A DNA stretch of 64,000 nucleotides from Chrysomallon squamiferum (taxonomy: Eukaryota; Animalia; Mollusca). Below, one piece after another: positions 37,878 to 53,124 of this stretch (within the stretch, counting starts at the first letter, position 1; each line of letters starts with the position of its first letter). The notes under the pieces are model-generated. The model was not told where the DNA came from. It saw only the letters and a program-made list of their open reading frames with translations, and searched no databases. The stretch is taken from contig CM022673.1 in the NCBI GenBank assembly GCA_012295275.1, positions 10,912,001-10,976,000 of the forward strand, written 5' to 3'. A program made the translations under genes and the position numbers.

Positions 37878-39611
37878 CATATATACACACACACACACAC
37901 ACACTCTCTTACAACATACACATATATGGGAGAATATATATGTATGTTGGGAAAACAACTTACTTAACATGTATAGAAGCAGCCAAATCAAATTTAATCA
38001 TACTGAGAAAAAAAATATTTTACAAATTTTTTTTATTTGTGAACGTTCTAGAGCTGCTAGCATGAAAAGTTTCTCTTTTTTATATTTGCATAATACATTT
38101 TAATAATTAATTTCCACATTTTGTTACCGAATTGCATTTATTAAAAATCCTCATTTCATACATTATTTACATTTGATTTTTACATTTTTGTGTTTAGTGC
38201 TATGCACCCAGTGTGGTGCTCCTATTTTATGTTCATGTCTGTTTCCAAAGATTTTCTAAATTGCTGTTATTTACAGTGGAAAAGCCATTTCATTTCCTAT
38301 ATTTTTTTATTTTATTTTATTTATTTATTTATTTTTGTTATTTTTATTCTTATTTCTATTTATTTTTGTTTTTGTTATTTTATTTTATTTTTTTTTTTTT
38401 ATTTTTATTTTATATTTTATTTTTTTTTTTTTTTTTTCACTTTTGATCATTAGGGAAAATATCTCAACTGAAATGAAATTATTTCTTTGGTTAATCTCAG
38501 TTATGTTTTGTTACAAGATGCAAATACTCACACACTCACGCACAGATACAGTTGTATATAAAAAAAATAATAAGAATATTAGCACATTCATAATTTCACA
38601 TGAATCTCAGAAAATACTTACTCAGCTTATTAACACAGACAAATTCAAAACCTACATTCACATCCATAAAACCCATTGAAACAAATTTTTATTTTATTGA
38701 TAACACCAGGAAATGCTCATTTTCAGATTATGTTTGCTTTTTTTGTATTCATTGTTGATATTATTTCATTTTTATTTTTAATCATTTTTTAGTATATTTT
38801 ATATTTCTATATTTTTGGTTTGACTTCTTGTTAATAATTCATTGTTAATAACACATAAAAATCTTCAGATTTATAAATTCTTTTTCACTGTTAATTTTTT
38901 TATAACCTTTTTATAACTGTCCTTTCTTTTTTAAGTATAAAATATTACAAATTCCACAAAATATGTTGATTTAATAGTACCCCATTTTCATATTCACAGA
39001 TACATAATCATTAATATTATTTTTTATAGATCTTCAATGCTTGTTAAATCTCATTTCATAGTCTCCTTTTTTAGTTATTAAAAAAAAATATATATTTAAA
39101 TTAACTCCATAACTTACAAAGGATAACATACTATGATGACTATGACTGTTATTATCATGTACATATCATATCCATATGCAACATATTTCGTTAAATAATT
39201 TATAGTAAAGCTAATAACACTCATCTTTATCTTTATAACATCAATGTACTTTGCAAATACAATACCATAAGAAAAACAAATACTATACAAACAGGCTAAT
39301 TTTAATTATGTGATTGTACATTGCATATATAGAATACCTTATATACATGATAACACATACCTCAATCTTTATCTTATCAAAACCACACCCACAGAAAAAT
39401 ACATTTATTATTGTATATTATGTATACTATACAAATAGTATCATCTGTTTAGTTTAACATAATTTATGCAATATCTTACAGTTCTAGGGAACATATTCCT
39501 CATTCATCTTGCTTTTTTTTTTTGTAATGAAACATTTCATTTGAAAGTTATTTGATATCTTTCCTTTTTTCTTTTTATTTCATTTTTTATATTAATTTTC
39601 TTGTCTTACTT

Positions 39612-39650
<39 letters not shown>

Positions 39651-40045
39651 ATAATAAATTGTATAGCATAAAATCATGTTTTAAAAGAAGGAATTAATTT
39701 GAGTTAATATTTAGAAACAAGTATTGTGATACAGAGATCAATAAAGGGAAGTAATTAAAATGGCTGCCTGAACATTGATGATGCTACATGCCAGCTTCGC
39801 AATATTTGTTTGTATTCAGATGTTTTTATTATATGTGATGAAAATTCATTTTTATCAACAGTTAATTTATGATCTTTAATAATAGTGATTAAAACTTTTT
39901 ATTTTCATCACTGTTTCACAATCAAAAAGAGCAGATAACTTTTACTGTATATAAAGTGCTATTAAATAAGATATTATTTTGTATTTTTTATTTCATTATT
40001 TTTATTATTTTTACTTTTTAAAATAATCTCATTTTATTTTTTTTA

Positions 40046-40076
<31 letters not shown>

Positions 40077-41700
40077 GTTGTAATCCAAATCAGAACTATA
40101 CCATATAAAAAAAGTTTATTTATTTATTTATTTATGTATATTTGTGTTATTTGTTCAGTTAATCTCTGTGTTTCCCTCTCTAGTCAAGTCCACTGTAAAC
40201 ATTCTAAAAATGTTCAGTATTTATCGGTACATAATTCTTCATTTCCCACATATATTTGTCCATATACTCTTGTTGCTTTTTATAACTTATCTTTTTAGTT
40301 TGTTGTTTTGTTGAATTTTTATTTGTTACATTTTTACATCACTAAGTTCAGCTCTTGCACATTTTAAAATCAATTTTATACACTGTTTGTTACAATGTTT
40401 CATTCTTTTTGATTTTAATCACAATCTTATTTTGAAATGTTTGACATAAAAAAACAACAACATTTTATCAGTTAAATTATTGAACAGGTTTAATGGATAG
40501 ATACAATATTGAGATAAAGAAATGATTAATATTCTAGTTATATCAGAATCTTTACTTATATATGTATGTGTGTCGTATGAAAATTCATTAAATGAAATTT
40601 TATTCTTTTTTTTTTTAGTTGTTAAGTATAATTTAATATAAAGACTGACAAATAAATAAATATGAACATGTACATGCACATTTGTTTATGTTAGCTCTAA
40701 GATAATGTAAAATATGACAAAATTATATATTTTAATAATTTATTTTAAATTTTATCATTTTAATAATTTTATGTTTTCCCATCAATTAAATTAACTTAAG
40801 ATGAATATTATTATTATAATTTTTTATTTTTTTATTAAATATATTTCTTCCTTTTGTTATCATTTCACAAACATGTTTATCCTCAATTTATCACAAAAAA
40901 TTTCACATCTGATGAACTATAATTTTACACTTTGTCAAAGGAATTATATTCGTGATTATATATATCAGAGATGTATAAAATTTCCAAACTGGATTGTAAA
41001 TAACAAAATTTATTTATTTATTTATAAATTTATTTTACTTTTTTTTATTTTTTTTTTTTTTTTTTTTTTTTTTTTAGTGTTAAAAAATATTAAAGATATA
41101 TAAATCCAAACTAGAACATTTTTGTATTAAATTTTTTATATTATTTCTTTTTATCTATGAATAGACTGAAATCTGACAATGTGGAAATCAATTTAGAACA
41201 TCGTGGATATCTAGAAATACAATAGAAATAAAACAGCTTATAATTAAATTCATGGTAATGTCATTTTTGTTATTTTTTGTTATTATTATTTTTTTTTTTT
41301 AATTTTAAATATTTTTCTATTTTTTTTCTTTTTTCTTTGTGAACATTTGTATATTGAGTTTTTGAGTACATATATTGTTTGATGTTTAAGAATTTATATG
41401 TTACATTATTTTGAATCCTTTTTGTTACTAAGTTCCTACCTCTGTCCATTACATCAGGCATATTCCTAACTGCAAACATACCATAATTTAACCATTTGCC
41501 ATTATTCTCGAATCATAATATGTATGTGCAAAAACAAATTTACTTGTAATATATATATAATTTGTTATAAGTTAATTTGTTTCTGGAAATGATTTAATTT
41601 GTTAAGCATAAATTCAACTGAACATGTTTTAATGTTTACCAGCAGTGTAGAAGGCACAGATAATCTCAGCCTGCTTTTATTTAAAAAAAGTATATATTAA

Positions 41701-41744
<44 letters not shown>

Positions 41745-42028
41745 AATAATGATAATAATAAGCAAAAAAATTAAATGTGTTAATCATTTGTTAAAGTCTT
41801 TGTTGAAATATTAATAATTTATGATATACAGCAACTGACTAAATTATTTATTTATGTATTTATTTATTTATTTATTTTCTTATTTTCTTATTTATTTATT
41901 TATTTATTTATATGTATAATTCCAGTTGCATGGGTCCTTCTGTACATGCATGTAAATAGTATTTAAATAAATGGAGTTTTCTGCAAATTGTAAAAATGTA
42001 AAGTTATGTCCCATTATAAAAATATTCA

Positions 42029-42069
<41 letters not shown>

Positions 42070-43679
42070 AAAATAAAACATTAACGAAAATAGTCCAGAT
42101 GTTGTTTTTTTTTGTTTTTTTTTAATGATTATATTTAGTATAATTATTATTAAATGCTTTACAGAATAGTTATTTCTTTTTTTCTTTTTACTTTTTACTT
42201 TGAATGAAAAAATTAAATAAATTGATACTGTTGAGAAATAATATTACATTTTAAAATTTTAATAAATGTTTTATTTCTCTTTCTTTTTTTTTATCAAGAA
42301 ATCTTGAATGCAAAAAAAAAAATTAAATTCTGAATAGTAAATTTTTTAAACCAGTGAAAAAAAAAGCTTGGATTAAAAAGAAAATGGAAAACAAATTGTT
42401 ATATTTTAGATTTAAATAATTATTTATTTTTTATTTTTCTATATTATTTATACATGTTTATCTGATTCTGTTACTCTATAGATTTACTTTTAAAGAAATT
42501 AAATAAATATGATTCAATTATTTTGTAAAATAACAAGATAGCACAAATTTATTTGATCATTTATTCAATTTAAAATATGTTACTGTAAATAAAAATAATT
42601 AAATGTAAATTTAAAATTTTTAAAATACATATATAATACTTTAAATATTGTATTAAGGCATGTTTGCTTGAATATAAGATTAAACATTAAATTGTAATTA
42701 TGTTTAAAATTTATACAGAAATGATCTATATATATATATTATGTAAAAGATTTTACACAACTGCACACACATACACATTATGAAATTTTTGTTCAAATAT
42801 TTGACGTCAAAATGTAGATATTTAATTTACATAGAAGTAATTCTAAAATACTATGTAAATTTTTGAATACATGATGAATGTTTGCAAACAGAGAATCCAG
42901 AAATGTATTAAAATTACATAAATACTTGATCAGAGTTTATGCAGAAATAATCCCCATTTTATAGATAAAATGTTTTAATACCAACCATACCAGTGTATAT
43001 GTATGCTCAACCATTTTGTTTTGCTTTATATACACATCTATATATATATATATGAATAAATCATGAAGATTATAATTTTTCTCTGGAACATTAATATCAG
43101 TTGACTGTTTTATGCTGTTTTTTAATGAAACAAATTGTGAAGAAAAAAAGTTTGTTTAGAGATTTAGACTATTATGTTAATCATTACACCATCGTTTTAT
43201 ATCATGTTTCATACGACTACCATTTTTATTTTGTTTATTTAAAAACCTCATTATTATATTACATGTGTCATTAAAATCATTGCTGTCAGCCAGCTTACGT
43301 TGTTGTTGATGATGTTAACAGTAGTTGCAGTGACATTGGTGTAGTAACAGCAGATGTAGGATAACAGATGTCTAGACAGACAGAAACACACCCACACATG
43401 TAAACATACATTCAGACACATCCATACACACACACACATATATGTACACTGATATGATTGTACAAGCTCACACACATTAATACATCAAAACAGTGCACGA
43501 TCAAAATATTTTATTTTGTTTAAATTATATTTTCTCGTTACAATTCCTGTTTCTGTGTTAATTATTTTCATTTTTATTTCTTTATTTGCATTTTAAAATA
43601 TTTGTTTATTTATTATTATTAAAATTATTTTTATTACTTTTATTGTTATTATTATTAAAATTATTTTTATTATTTATTG

Positions 43680-43726
<47 letters not shown>

Positions 43727-46021
43727 TTTAAAAAAACTTTATGCAATGACATTAAAATTAAAAAATTGCTGCAGTTCTAGATGCTAATTTATCAGTTTAG
43801 GATATTTTGGATCCATTTCTCAGTACCATGGCTTTTAATAAATTTGATAAATTGTGATATAATAATAAAATTAAAAAAACATAACTGAAGACTGATCCTG
43901 TGATAATATTTATTATGTATTTCTGAATATCTAAGATACAGCTGAAACAAACATGATAGTAACATTATTTTTAAAATCTACATGTAAATTTAAAAAAAAA
44001 AAAAATTTCAAACTTTATTTATTTATTATTTGATTTTTATTATTATTTTTATGATTTATGATTATTTTTAATATTATTTATTTATTCTATTTTTGTTTAT
44101 TATTATTATTATTATTATTGTTTTATTTATTTATTTATTTATTTATTTATTTTTGTTACTATTTTTTTTTTTTCTAAAATAGTTCTGAAGCTATAATAAT
44201 AAAAAAAGAAACAACTGGTCAATTTTTAAAATTTTTATTTCTAATAACTTTCACATTTCAAATAAATAAGGAACCGATTACTATTTTCAGAATAACTTCA
44301 TTGTACATCAAGACTAAGGTTTTCAAAAGTGTAAGTGAGAATATGATGTTACTGAATTAACTAGAACAAAATCAGATTCATTTGTAACAATGAAAAAAAA
44401 ATAATTAATAATAAAAAATCATCAAATTCTTTTATTGAAAGTATATTCAATGTATAAATAATATTAATATATTAATATATTAATAATAATCACAAAAGTA
44501 TATTCAATGTAGAAATATTAATATATTAACAAAAATAACCTCTTAAAAATATTTTACTATCACAGATATTATAAGATTTTCATGCAAAATATATATTAAC
44601 AACAATAAAAACAATTAAGATATGTGCGTTTCTTTTTAAATAAAATTAGTTTTTACAAAATATAATATGTATTGAAAATAAAACAACAGTATCAAATAAC
44701 AATATACACTGAATTTGTTAAATAATGAAAGATTCAGGATGGCCAAGACATAAGACGACTTTCATTTTCATATATAAAGGGAAATAAACAAAATATATCT
44801 GATGTCAAAAGTCCAATCAGACTGAGTCATTAATTATTACACACTAATAATATTTGGTATAAACCTACAATAAATAATAAATATGAAAAAAATATCTTCC
44901 ACTGTAAACAACAATGCCTTCAAAATTGATTGCTATGAATTTTTCTTTCTATAAGGTAAACATTTTTTGCACAGTTGTTTTTGGGGTTTTTTCCATAGCT
45001 AGTCAAATTTGATAATGATGAAATAAATTACTACATGATCAGAAATAAATAAAATAATTAAACAATTTTTAAAATTTACAAATTCTGATATAAATAACAA
45101 AAAACTTTACAAAATATTAATGGAATTTTGTTCTATAAACAAGAGACATAAAATTATATTTATTAACAAAATGTATTGCAATTTAAACTTTGATTCAATA
45201 TGCAGGTTCACATATATTATTAAACATAAATAAAAAAATTTTTAACATAAAATTTAAATATATATTATAATGAACTATGTCAACAATATTACACATTAAA
45301 ATACCTGGATGTGTGTATATGCTTATCTTAGCTGCATATATGGACATATGTAAGTATGTACATACACCTATGTTTCTGTGTCTGTCTCTGTCTGCATGTA
45401 TGTATGTTCTTGTGTGTATGTGTTTCTGCATATTTGTGCGTATAACTGCATATAATTATATTTTTATATTTGCAGTAATTATGCTGTTATTTATTTTCAT
45501 TATAAATACAGAATCACCCTCTGACATGCATTCCAGAACTAAAAATTCGTTTGACACAACAAGAAAACATTTGATTTATATGACCAGTCATATAAAGAGA
45601 TACCAATGTCCAAAGACATGCGCAGACTCTGTGAGAAAGCTGAAGAAGGCTATGTTTTCAGTGGTATATCTATGCTGTATCAAAGCAAACTATATTTACA
45701 GTCTTTACAGTTTAATAAACACTACCTCTGAGCAACAGACAAATAGTTTTACGAAGTTTACAAAGATGTTCCCATTTGTTGCAAAAGTTTACTAAGATAT
45801 ATCCAACTTTATAAAACTAATTTTCATGTTTACAAAGATACAACCAAAAGATTTACATAATGTTTACAAAGATATACTCCAAAAATGCACATGAATTTTA
45901 CTAACATATACCCAATTTTGTGTAAAAGATATACTCCAAAAATGCACATGAATTTTACTAACATATACCCAATTTTGTGTAACAAATTTTTATGCTGCTT
46001 ATGAAGGTATTACACAGCAAT

Positions 46022-46640
46022 ACAACTAGCCAAAGGTGTTTATGATGTTTACAGAGATGTATCCAGTGTTGTACTAGCCAAAGATGTTTATGATGTTTAC
46101 AGAGATGTATCCAGTGTTGTACTAGCCAAAGATGTTTATGATGTTTACAGAGATGTATCCAGTGTTGTACTAGCCAAAGATGTTTATGATGTTTACAGAG
46201 ATGTATCCAGTGTTGTACTAGCCAAAGGTGTTTATGATGTTTACAGAGATGTATCCAGTGTTGTACTAGCCAAAGGTGTTTATGATGTTTATGATGTTTA
46301 CAGAGATGTATCCAGTGTTGTACTAGCCAAAGATGTTTATGATGTTTACAGAGATGTATCCAGTGTTGTACTAGCCAAAGATGTTTATGATGTTTACAGA
46401 GATGTATCCAGTGTTGTACTAGCCAAAGATGTTTATGATGTTTAGAGAGATGTATCCAGTGTTGCACTAGCCAAAGATGTTTGTGATGTTTACAGAGACA
46501 TATCCAGTGGTCTACTAGCCAAAGGTGTTTGCATGTGTCTACAAAACTATGCCAGGCAATGCACTGGCCAAAGGTGCTTACAATGTTTATGAAGATATAT
46601 ACCCAGCAGTGTGTTGGTCAAATAGGTTTACGATGTCTGC
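46022..46640. repeat. 48-bp minisatellite immediately after the STAND gene stop codon
   Basis: Unit gtactagccaaagatgtttatgatgtttacagagatgtatccagtgtt; about 10 near-perfect copies with decayed flanks reaching ~45750. Confidence 0.96.
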
Positions 46641-46646
46641 ACACTC

Positions 46647-46964
46647 TTAAGCAATAGCTGAAGCAGTTTTTGGCTGCTGTTTGCTCAGCTCCTCGGCCTC
46701 CTCGTTTCTGTTGAGGTTTTGTAAAATGATGATGACGTCCTCCCTGGAGCGGACGGTGTTGGGGTGATTCTTCCCTTGCACCTCCTCCAGGATGTCCAGC
46801 TCCACGTTGACCAGCTCCACGGTGTAAAGCTCCAGAGTCTTGTTCAGCCAGTCTGTGTTGCGTATGTATGAACTCCACTGGTTCCAGTACAGCTGTCCAT
46901 ACAGCTGTTTGAGATAAACAGGATTCAGGTTAATGTGTGGTGGAATGGAATGGATGAAAGAAAG

Positions 46965-46997
<33 letters not shown>

Positions 46998-49900
46998 GTA
47001 TGTAAAGAATATACTCAAGAATGCATAACAAAACAAATTACTCACCAAAAAGAATTAAATAATAATAATATAATACAGTATAGTATAGTGTGGTGTTGTA
47101 CAGTATAATAAGTATAGTAATGTACATATATAGTGATGTGGTATATACTAAAAAAAAAAAACCCAATAGCATTCACAAAAATACTCAAATAAAATAAAAC
47201 AATAATAATAATATGTAAAGTATACTCATGCAGATCTTGTACATGTTTATGAACATATGCAGTCATAAACACATTATCTCTCTCTCTCATACACAGCTTG
47301 CCATATATATATATATAAACCTACATGTATTTCAAAGAAGTATTTATACATACATACATATTTTAAAAAAACAAAATATATGTATAATAATATTACCTGA
47401 TAACACCTGGCTGTTTTCAGATGATACTTGCCAAACGCTGTCAAACACAGATTCAGTGACTGTTCAAAATACTTGATGGGCACCTCTGAAAACAAACCAA
47501 CAACATATTTTTATTTAACACTGCACAGTGTACTTTATATCATAGACACAAATCTTGTTTTCTCACTTTTGATAAAACACTGTCTTAGAAGTATTTTTAA
47601 CAAAATATATTTACAACTTTATCTCACATTGCCCTTGGGGGTACAAATATTCAGGGTTACAAATATTCTTTCACACTCAAAAAAATCTTCCACAGACAAG
47701 GTATATATAAATCCATTTTTAACAAAATATCAAAACTTGAAAAATTTCAGTTTACTTCTTTAAACCTCAATACTTGGACATATATAACTTAAGACCTGTT
47801 TTGATGTGATGGGTCACACTAACATTCTCACTCCTTCGTATAAACTCTAATTTACCAATATCTTTGGTGTACTGGTTCTTCTCCCCAGTCATGTAGAGAA
47901 CCTCGGCCAGTCCCTGCTGGTTTTTGGTCTTTTTGAATGTGTCGAGGCAGTACTGGAGCAAACTGCCATCGAAATAGGCACACTGAGTCAGAACCATGCC
48001 CAGATGATCATCATACTCGGGCCAGTGTTGTTTGTGTACCTGCCAACAAAATTAATCATTTGTGAGTACAATAATAAGTTAATATTAACTATTAACTTAG
48101 TGTGTGTGTGTGTGTGTGTGACTGTATGAGAGAGAGAGAGATTATATGGATAGACACACTTAGATAGATAAACACATAGACAGATAGACAGACAGAAAGA
48201 CATGATAGAGAGACAGATAGACAGATAAGAAAGACAGGGAGACAGACAAGCAGAAACCTACTGAGATAAAAGATGCTGGAATTCGCTTCTTTTTTAAATT
48301 CTTCTTTGCTTAGATGATTACACTAAATGGTCACATTTTATTTTATTTTATTTTATTTTATTTTATTTTATTGTATTTTATTTTCACATATTAACAAGAT
48401 TTTATAAATTAAATTATCTTATACTTTATTTTTTTTTTTATTTTTTATTTTTTGTACCTTTTCGCACCAAGGGCCATATTCTCTGCCAAGCTCAACACAT
48501 TTTCTATAGCCAGGATGACTGTTATAAACATACATCAGTGCTGTAAGATAAAAACATATCATATTTAATAGACAAACTAACTATTAATTTTTTTTTTAAA
48601 CATTTATTAATCTTAATATTGATAAATAAATATCATATTTATTACATAAACTAAATAGTAATTTTTGAAACAATCTGAAACAAATATCATATTTGTTATA
48701 TAAACTATATATTTATATTTTTTTAAATTATTTATCTTAATATAAATAAAAACATATTACCATATTTTTTGCATAAACTTATATAAATTTAAAAAAATAC
48801 ATACTAATCTTAATATAAATTAAAAATATATTATCATATTTATTATATGAACTACAGATTATTATTATGAAATATTTATTATTCTTAATATTAATAAATA
48901 ATATAATATTTATTATATAAATTATAGATTAATTTTTAAAAGCATTTATTAATCTTAATATTGATAAATAAATATTATCATATTTATTACATAAACTATG
49001 AATGAATTTTTGAAAAAACTTATTAAACTGAATAAAAACATCAAATTTATACACAAACTACAGATAAATTTTTAAAATACTTATTAATTTTAATATAAAT
49101 AAAAACATATTTATATTATCATGTTTTATAAGTAGCTAATGCATACATTATAAAGAGATTTTCCATTTAACAATAAATAAATAAATAAGTTCATTAAGTA
49201 GGCAAATAAAAAAAATTAAATAAATAAATAAACAAAACAAAACAAAACCATACAATACAATAAAATAGAATATACAAAATAAAACAAACCATACAAAAAT
49301 AAAACAAAAAAACAAAATAAAACAAAACAAAACAAAACAAAAAACAAAGCTAAACTAAACTAAATAAATAAAATTTATTTATTTATTTATTTATTATATA
49401 AAACTATACATTAGCTTTAAAAACACTTATTAATATTAACACAATCGAGACATTTTTACCTCTTTGGTAGTTCAGAGTCATTATAGCATGAAGTGGGTCT
49501 GCTAATTCTTTGCCATATTTTCCATATTTTTCTTCAGATTCTTTGAGAATGGCTTCCAGAATCTCAACAGCACTGTCATATTCTCCAATATCCAGCAAAA
49601 ACCAGGACACCTTCGTCTTCAGTTTTAAACCTTCATCTGTTTTTGTCAAATTATGAGTCTGAAAATAAAAATAAAATTATAAAAATAAAAATTAAATTTA
49701 AAATTATTTAGTATTATATTTTTTAAATTTGTTTTTTTTTTACATTGGATGATTTTTTTTATGATTATAATAATAAAAATTTTAAAAATTTAAAATGTAA
49801 AAATAAATTGAAAAAAAATAAATTTCAAAAGGAAAAATAAAATTAATTATAGTTAGAAAGAAATATCTTATAAATTAAAAAAAAAATTAAAATGAAATAA

Positions 49901-52900
49901 AATAAAAAATATGTAATTTACATATAACTATGAATATTAATACTGAAATAAATTTAAAATAAAGATAAAAAATACTAATGTAAAAATAAATAAATTATAT
50001 ATTTTTAAAAATGTCAAATACAATAAAATAAAGTAAATATTAGGATTAATTTTTAAATTAAAAGTATTCAAATATTCAAATAAATATAATAAAAGTAAAA
50101 ATTAATTTGTAATTTAAAAATAAACAAAATGTAAAAAAAACAACAACAAACAAACAAACAAAAAACACACTAATTATAAAAAAAAAAAGAAGAAAAAAAA
50201 AAAAAAAAAAAAAAAAATAAATATTAAAATGAAACAATAGCAATAATAAAATCTGGGAAAAAACAACAAAAAAACACTAGAAAAACAACATTTAGGTAAT
50301 GTAAATTAAAATAAAACAGATTGATTTATTTTAAAAAATGTATATTAAAATCCACTATTCAAAATAATAATAATAATAATAATTAGAATTAGAAAATTAG
50401 AAAATAAATTAAAATTTTGTTTTTAAACTGACAAAATAAAAAATAAATATATAAAAACAACAATAAATAACCATAAAATGTTTAAAAATATAAAATTATA
50501 ATTATAAAAATGAAATGAAACCTGGAAAAAAAAAAATAATAATGATATGAAATAATATAAAACCAAAATAAATTAAAACTGAAATTAAAATTAATAATAA
50601 AAATAATAATATAAAATGTAAAAAAATAATTAAAAAAACATGTTATAGCGATCATTTGTACTAAGATAACAAAAAAAAAAAATTCAACAAAATCATAAAA
50701 AAGAGGAAATTCGTCTTACAGTTATATAATTTTCAAGGAACTTTGTGTATGCCTTCGCTGCCACAGAATATCCACCAATGAACTGCCAGTATCTCATTAA
50801 CTGCTGCTTGCTTTTCTCGCAGTACATCTGTTCAAAGACCTCTCGCTGTAGGAGACACTCCTTCAAGCCATCCTTGTCTTTCATACACATCAGCTGATAA
50901 GGCAGCTCCTCACATTTCCTAGTCAAGTACGAGGGCTGTGGAAAATTTTAATATGGTTTTTAGTTTTGTTTTGTAAGAAGATGTAAAATATTTTAATATG
51001 GTTTTTAGTACAGTTTAGTTACAAGATGTAAAATATTTTAATATGGTTTTTAGTACAGTTTTGTTACAAGATGTAAAATATTTTAATATGGTTTTTAGTA
51101 CAGTTTTGTAAGAAGATGTAAAATATTTTTTATATTGTTTTTAGTACATTACAGCTTTTAGTACTGTTTTGTTACAAGATGTAAAATATTTTAATATGGT
51201 TTTTAGTACAGTTTTGTTACAAGATGTAAAATATTTTAATATGGTTTTTAGTACAGTTTTGTAAGAAGATGTAAAATGTTTTAATATTGTTTTTAGTACT
51301 GTTTTGTTAGAAGATGCAAAATATTTTAATACTGTTTTTAGTAATATTGTCAGAAGATGTAAAATATATTAATACAGTTTTTAGTTTTGTTTTGTTAGAA
51401 GATGTAAAATATTTTAATATGGTTTTTAGTTGTATTGTCAGAAGATGTAAAATATTTTAATATGGTTTTATAACCGCTTAGTCGGAAGATTTTAATTTTT
51501 TAATATGTTTTTTAATACAGTTTTGCCACAAGATATAAACTGTTTTAATACTATTTTTAGTAGAGTTATTACAAACTGCAACATTTGTTATTATCATTAA
51601 TTATATAATATTATTTCTAAATTTACAGCAGTATGAATGACATCTAAAAAGCATTAGTTAAATGTAACTGTTAAATTTAACATTATAATTAAATTAATTT
51701 AAGTTTCATATCTACTGTCGATATATCAATTTCATGAAGAAATTTTTTTTTCCAGTTAAATATTTCTGTTTATTTCAGATCATTTATATTGGTATAATTA
51801 AATTATTTGATAACCACTGATTAAATTTATTCCAACTAGTAAATTCACATCTTATACCTATTAACAATACTAACAATACAATCAAATTCATATTACCAGA
51901 ACAACTAACATTAATTAAATTAAATAAACAATTTACTAACAAATACGTCACATGTAATTAAATGTTTGTTATCTAATTTATTACACTTCAACTTATTTCA
52001 TTATAATCATTGTTTTTAAAGCGTTATTTGTCCACACATTCTCATTCATGATTTGATATATAAAACATACACACCTGAGTTTGAAATATGCAGCAATTCT
52101 GTCTTGCCACCAGACAGTTTTGGTGCTGTCATTCAGGTAGAGCAGTCTCACTGCTTTGCTGATTGAACGATGGTAAAAATCTAGGCGCCCGACTCCAGAA
52201 GTTCCGCAGGGCCGCATGAAGTATCGCAGACCAAGGTAGATCAAAGCCCACTGGAAAACATCATCACAGAGTTTAGTGTGTAAAAGGCTTGGTACTTATA
52301 GTAGAGTACAGTATTAGAATTAGTATTAGTATTAGTATTAGTAGAAAATAAGTATTAGTTTTATTAGTATATATAGTAGAAAATAAGTATAGTTTTAGTA
52401 TGGTATAGTAAAGTAGTTTTATGGTGGTGTAGTAATGTATTGGTATTAGTATTAGTATTAATATCTATATAGTATAGTATAGTATAGTATAGTGTAGTGT
52501 AGTGTAGTGTAGTGTAGTATAGTATACTATACTATACTATACTATACTATACTATACTATACTATACTATACTATACTATACAGATATTAACACTAATAC
52601 TGATATTAACACATTATTACACCACTATAAAACTACATTAGTATAGTATAGTATAGTATAGTTTTAGGAATGGTACAATACAATAACATTAATACAATAA
52701 AATAACACAATAACAATAAACAGCGATGCCAATGATGTTGAAGTAATAAAAAAAATGATAAAGTCAGTATTAATAATCAAGTAATAAAAAATAAATAATA
52801 AAAACAATATACATCATCATCTATTAATGAATATAAATAATATTTAAATCTTGCTGGACAAATTATATTAGGTCAGTTCTACCTTAATACCTTTTGTCAA

Positions 52901-52989
52901 GTTTTCTTCAACAAAATCACATTTATTTTAAAAATATATATATATAATTTTTATTCAAGAAATTATACCATTAGTATACTAGGTCAAGA

Positions 52990-53062
<73 letters not shown>

Positions 53063-53067
53063 CAATA

Positions 53068-53124
<57 letters not shown>

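Noticed and set aside
45277-45795. 172-aa plus-strand ORF
   Set aside because: Largely TG/TA-rich simple sequence with no domain or splice support; lies antisense to the probable 3' UTR of the STAND gene
46618-46878. 86-aa G/R/H-rich minus-strand ORF
   Set aside because: Alternative frame of the true last exon, whose frame (LYGQLYWNQW...TASAIA*) is fixed by splice phase and TPR-like sequence
50930-52075. Apparent third frameshift in the STAND gene between exons 52075-52250 and 50720-50935
   Set aside because: Resolved by the stronger phase-0 donor TGT|GTATGT at 52071
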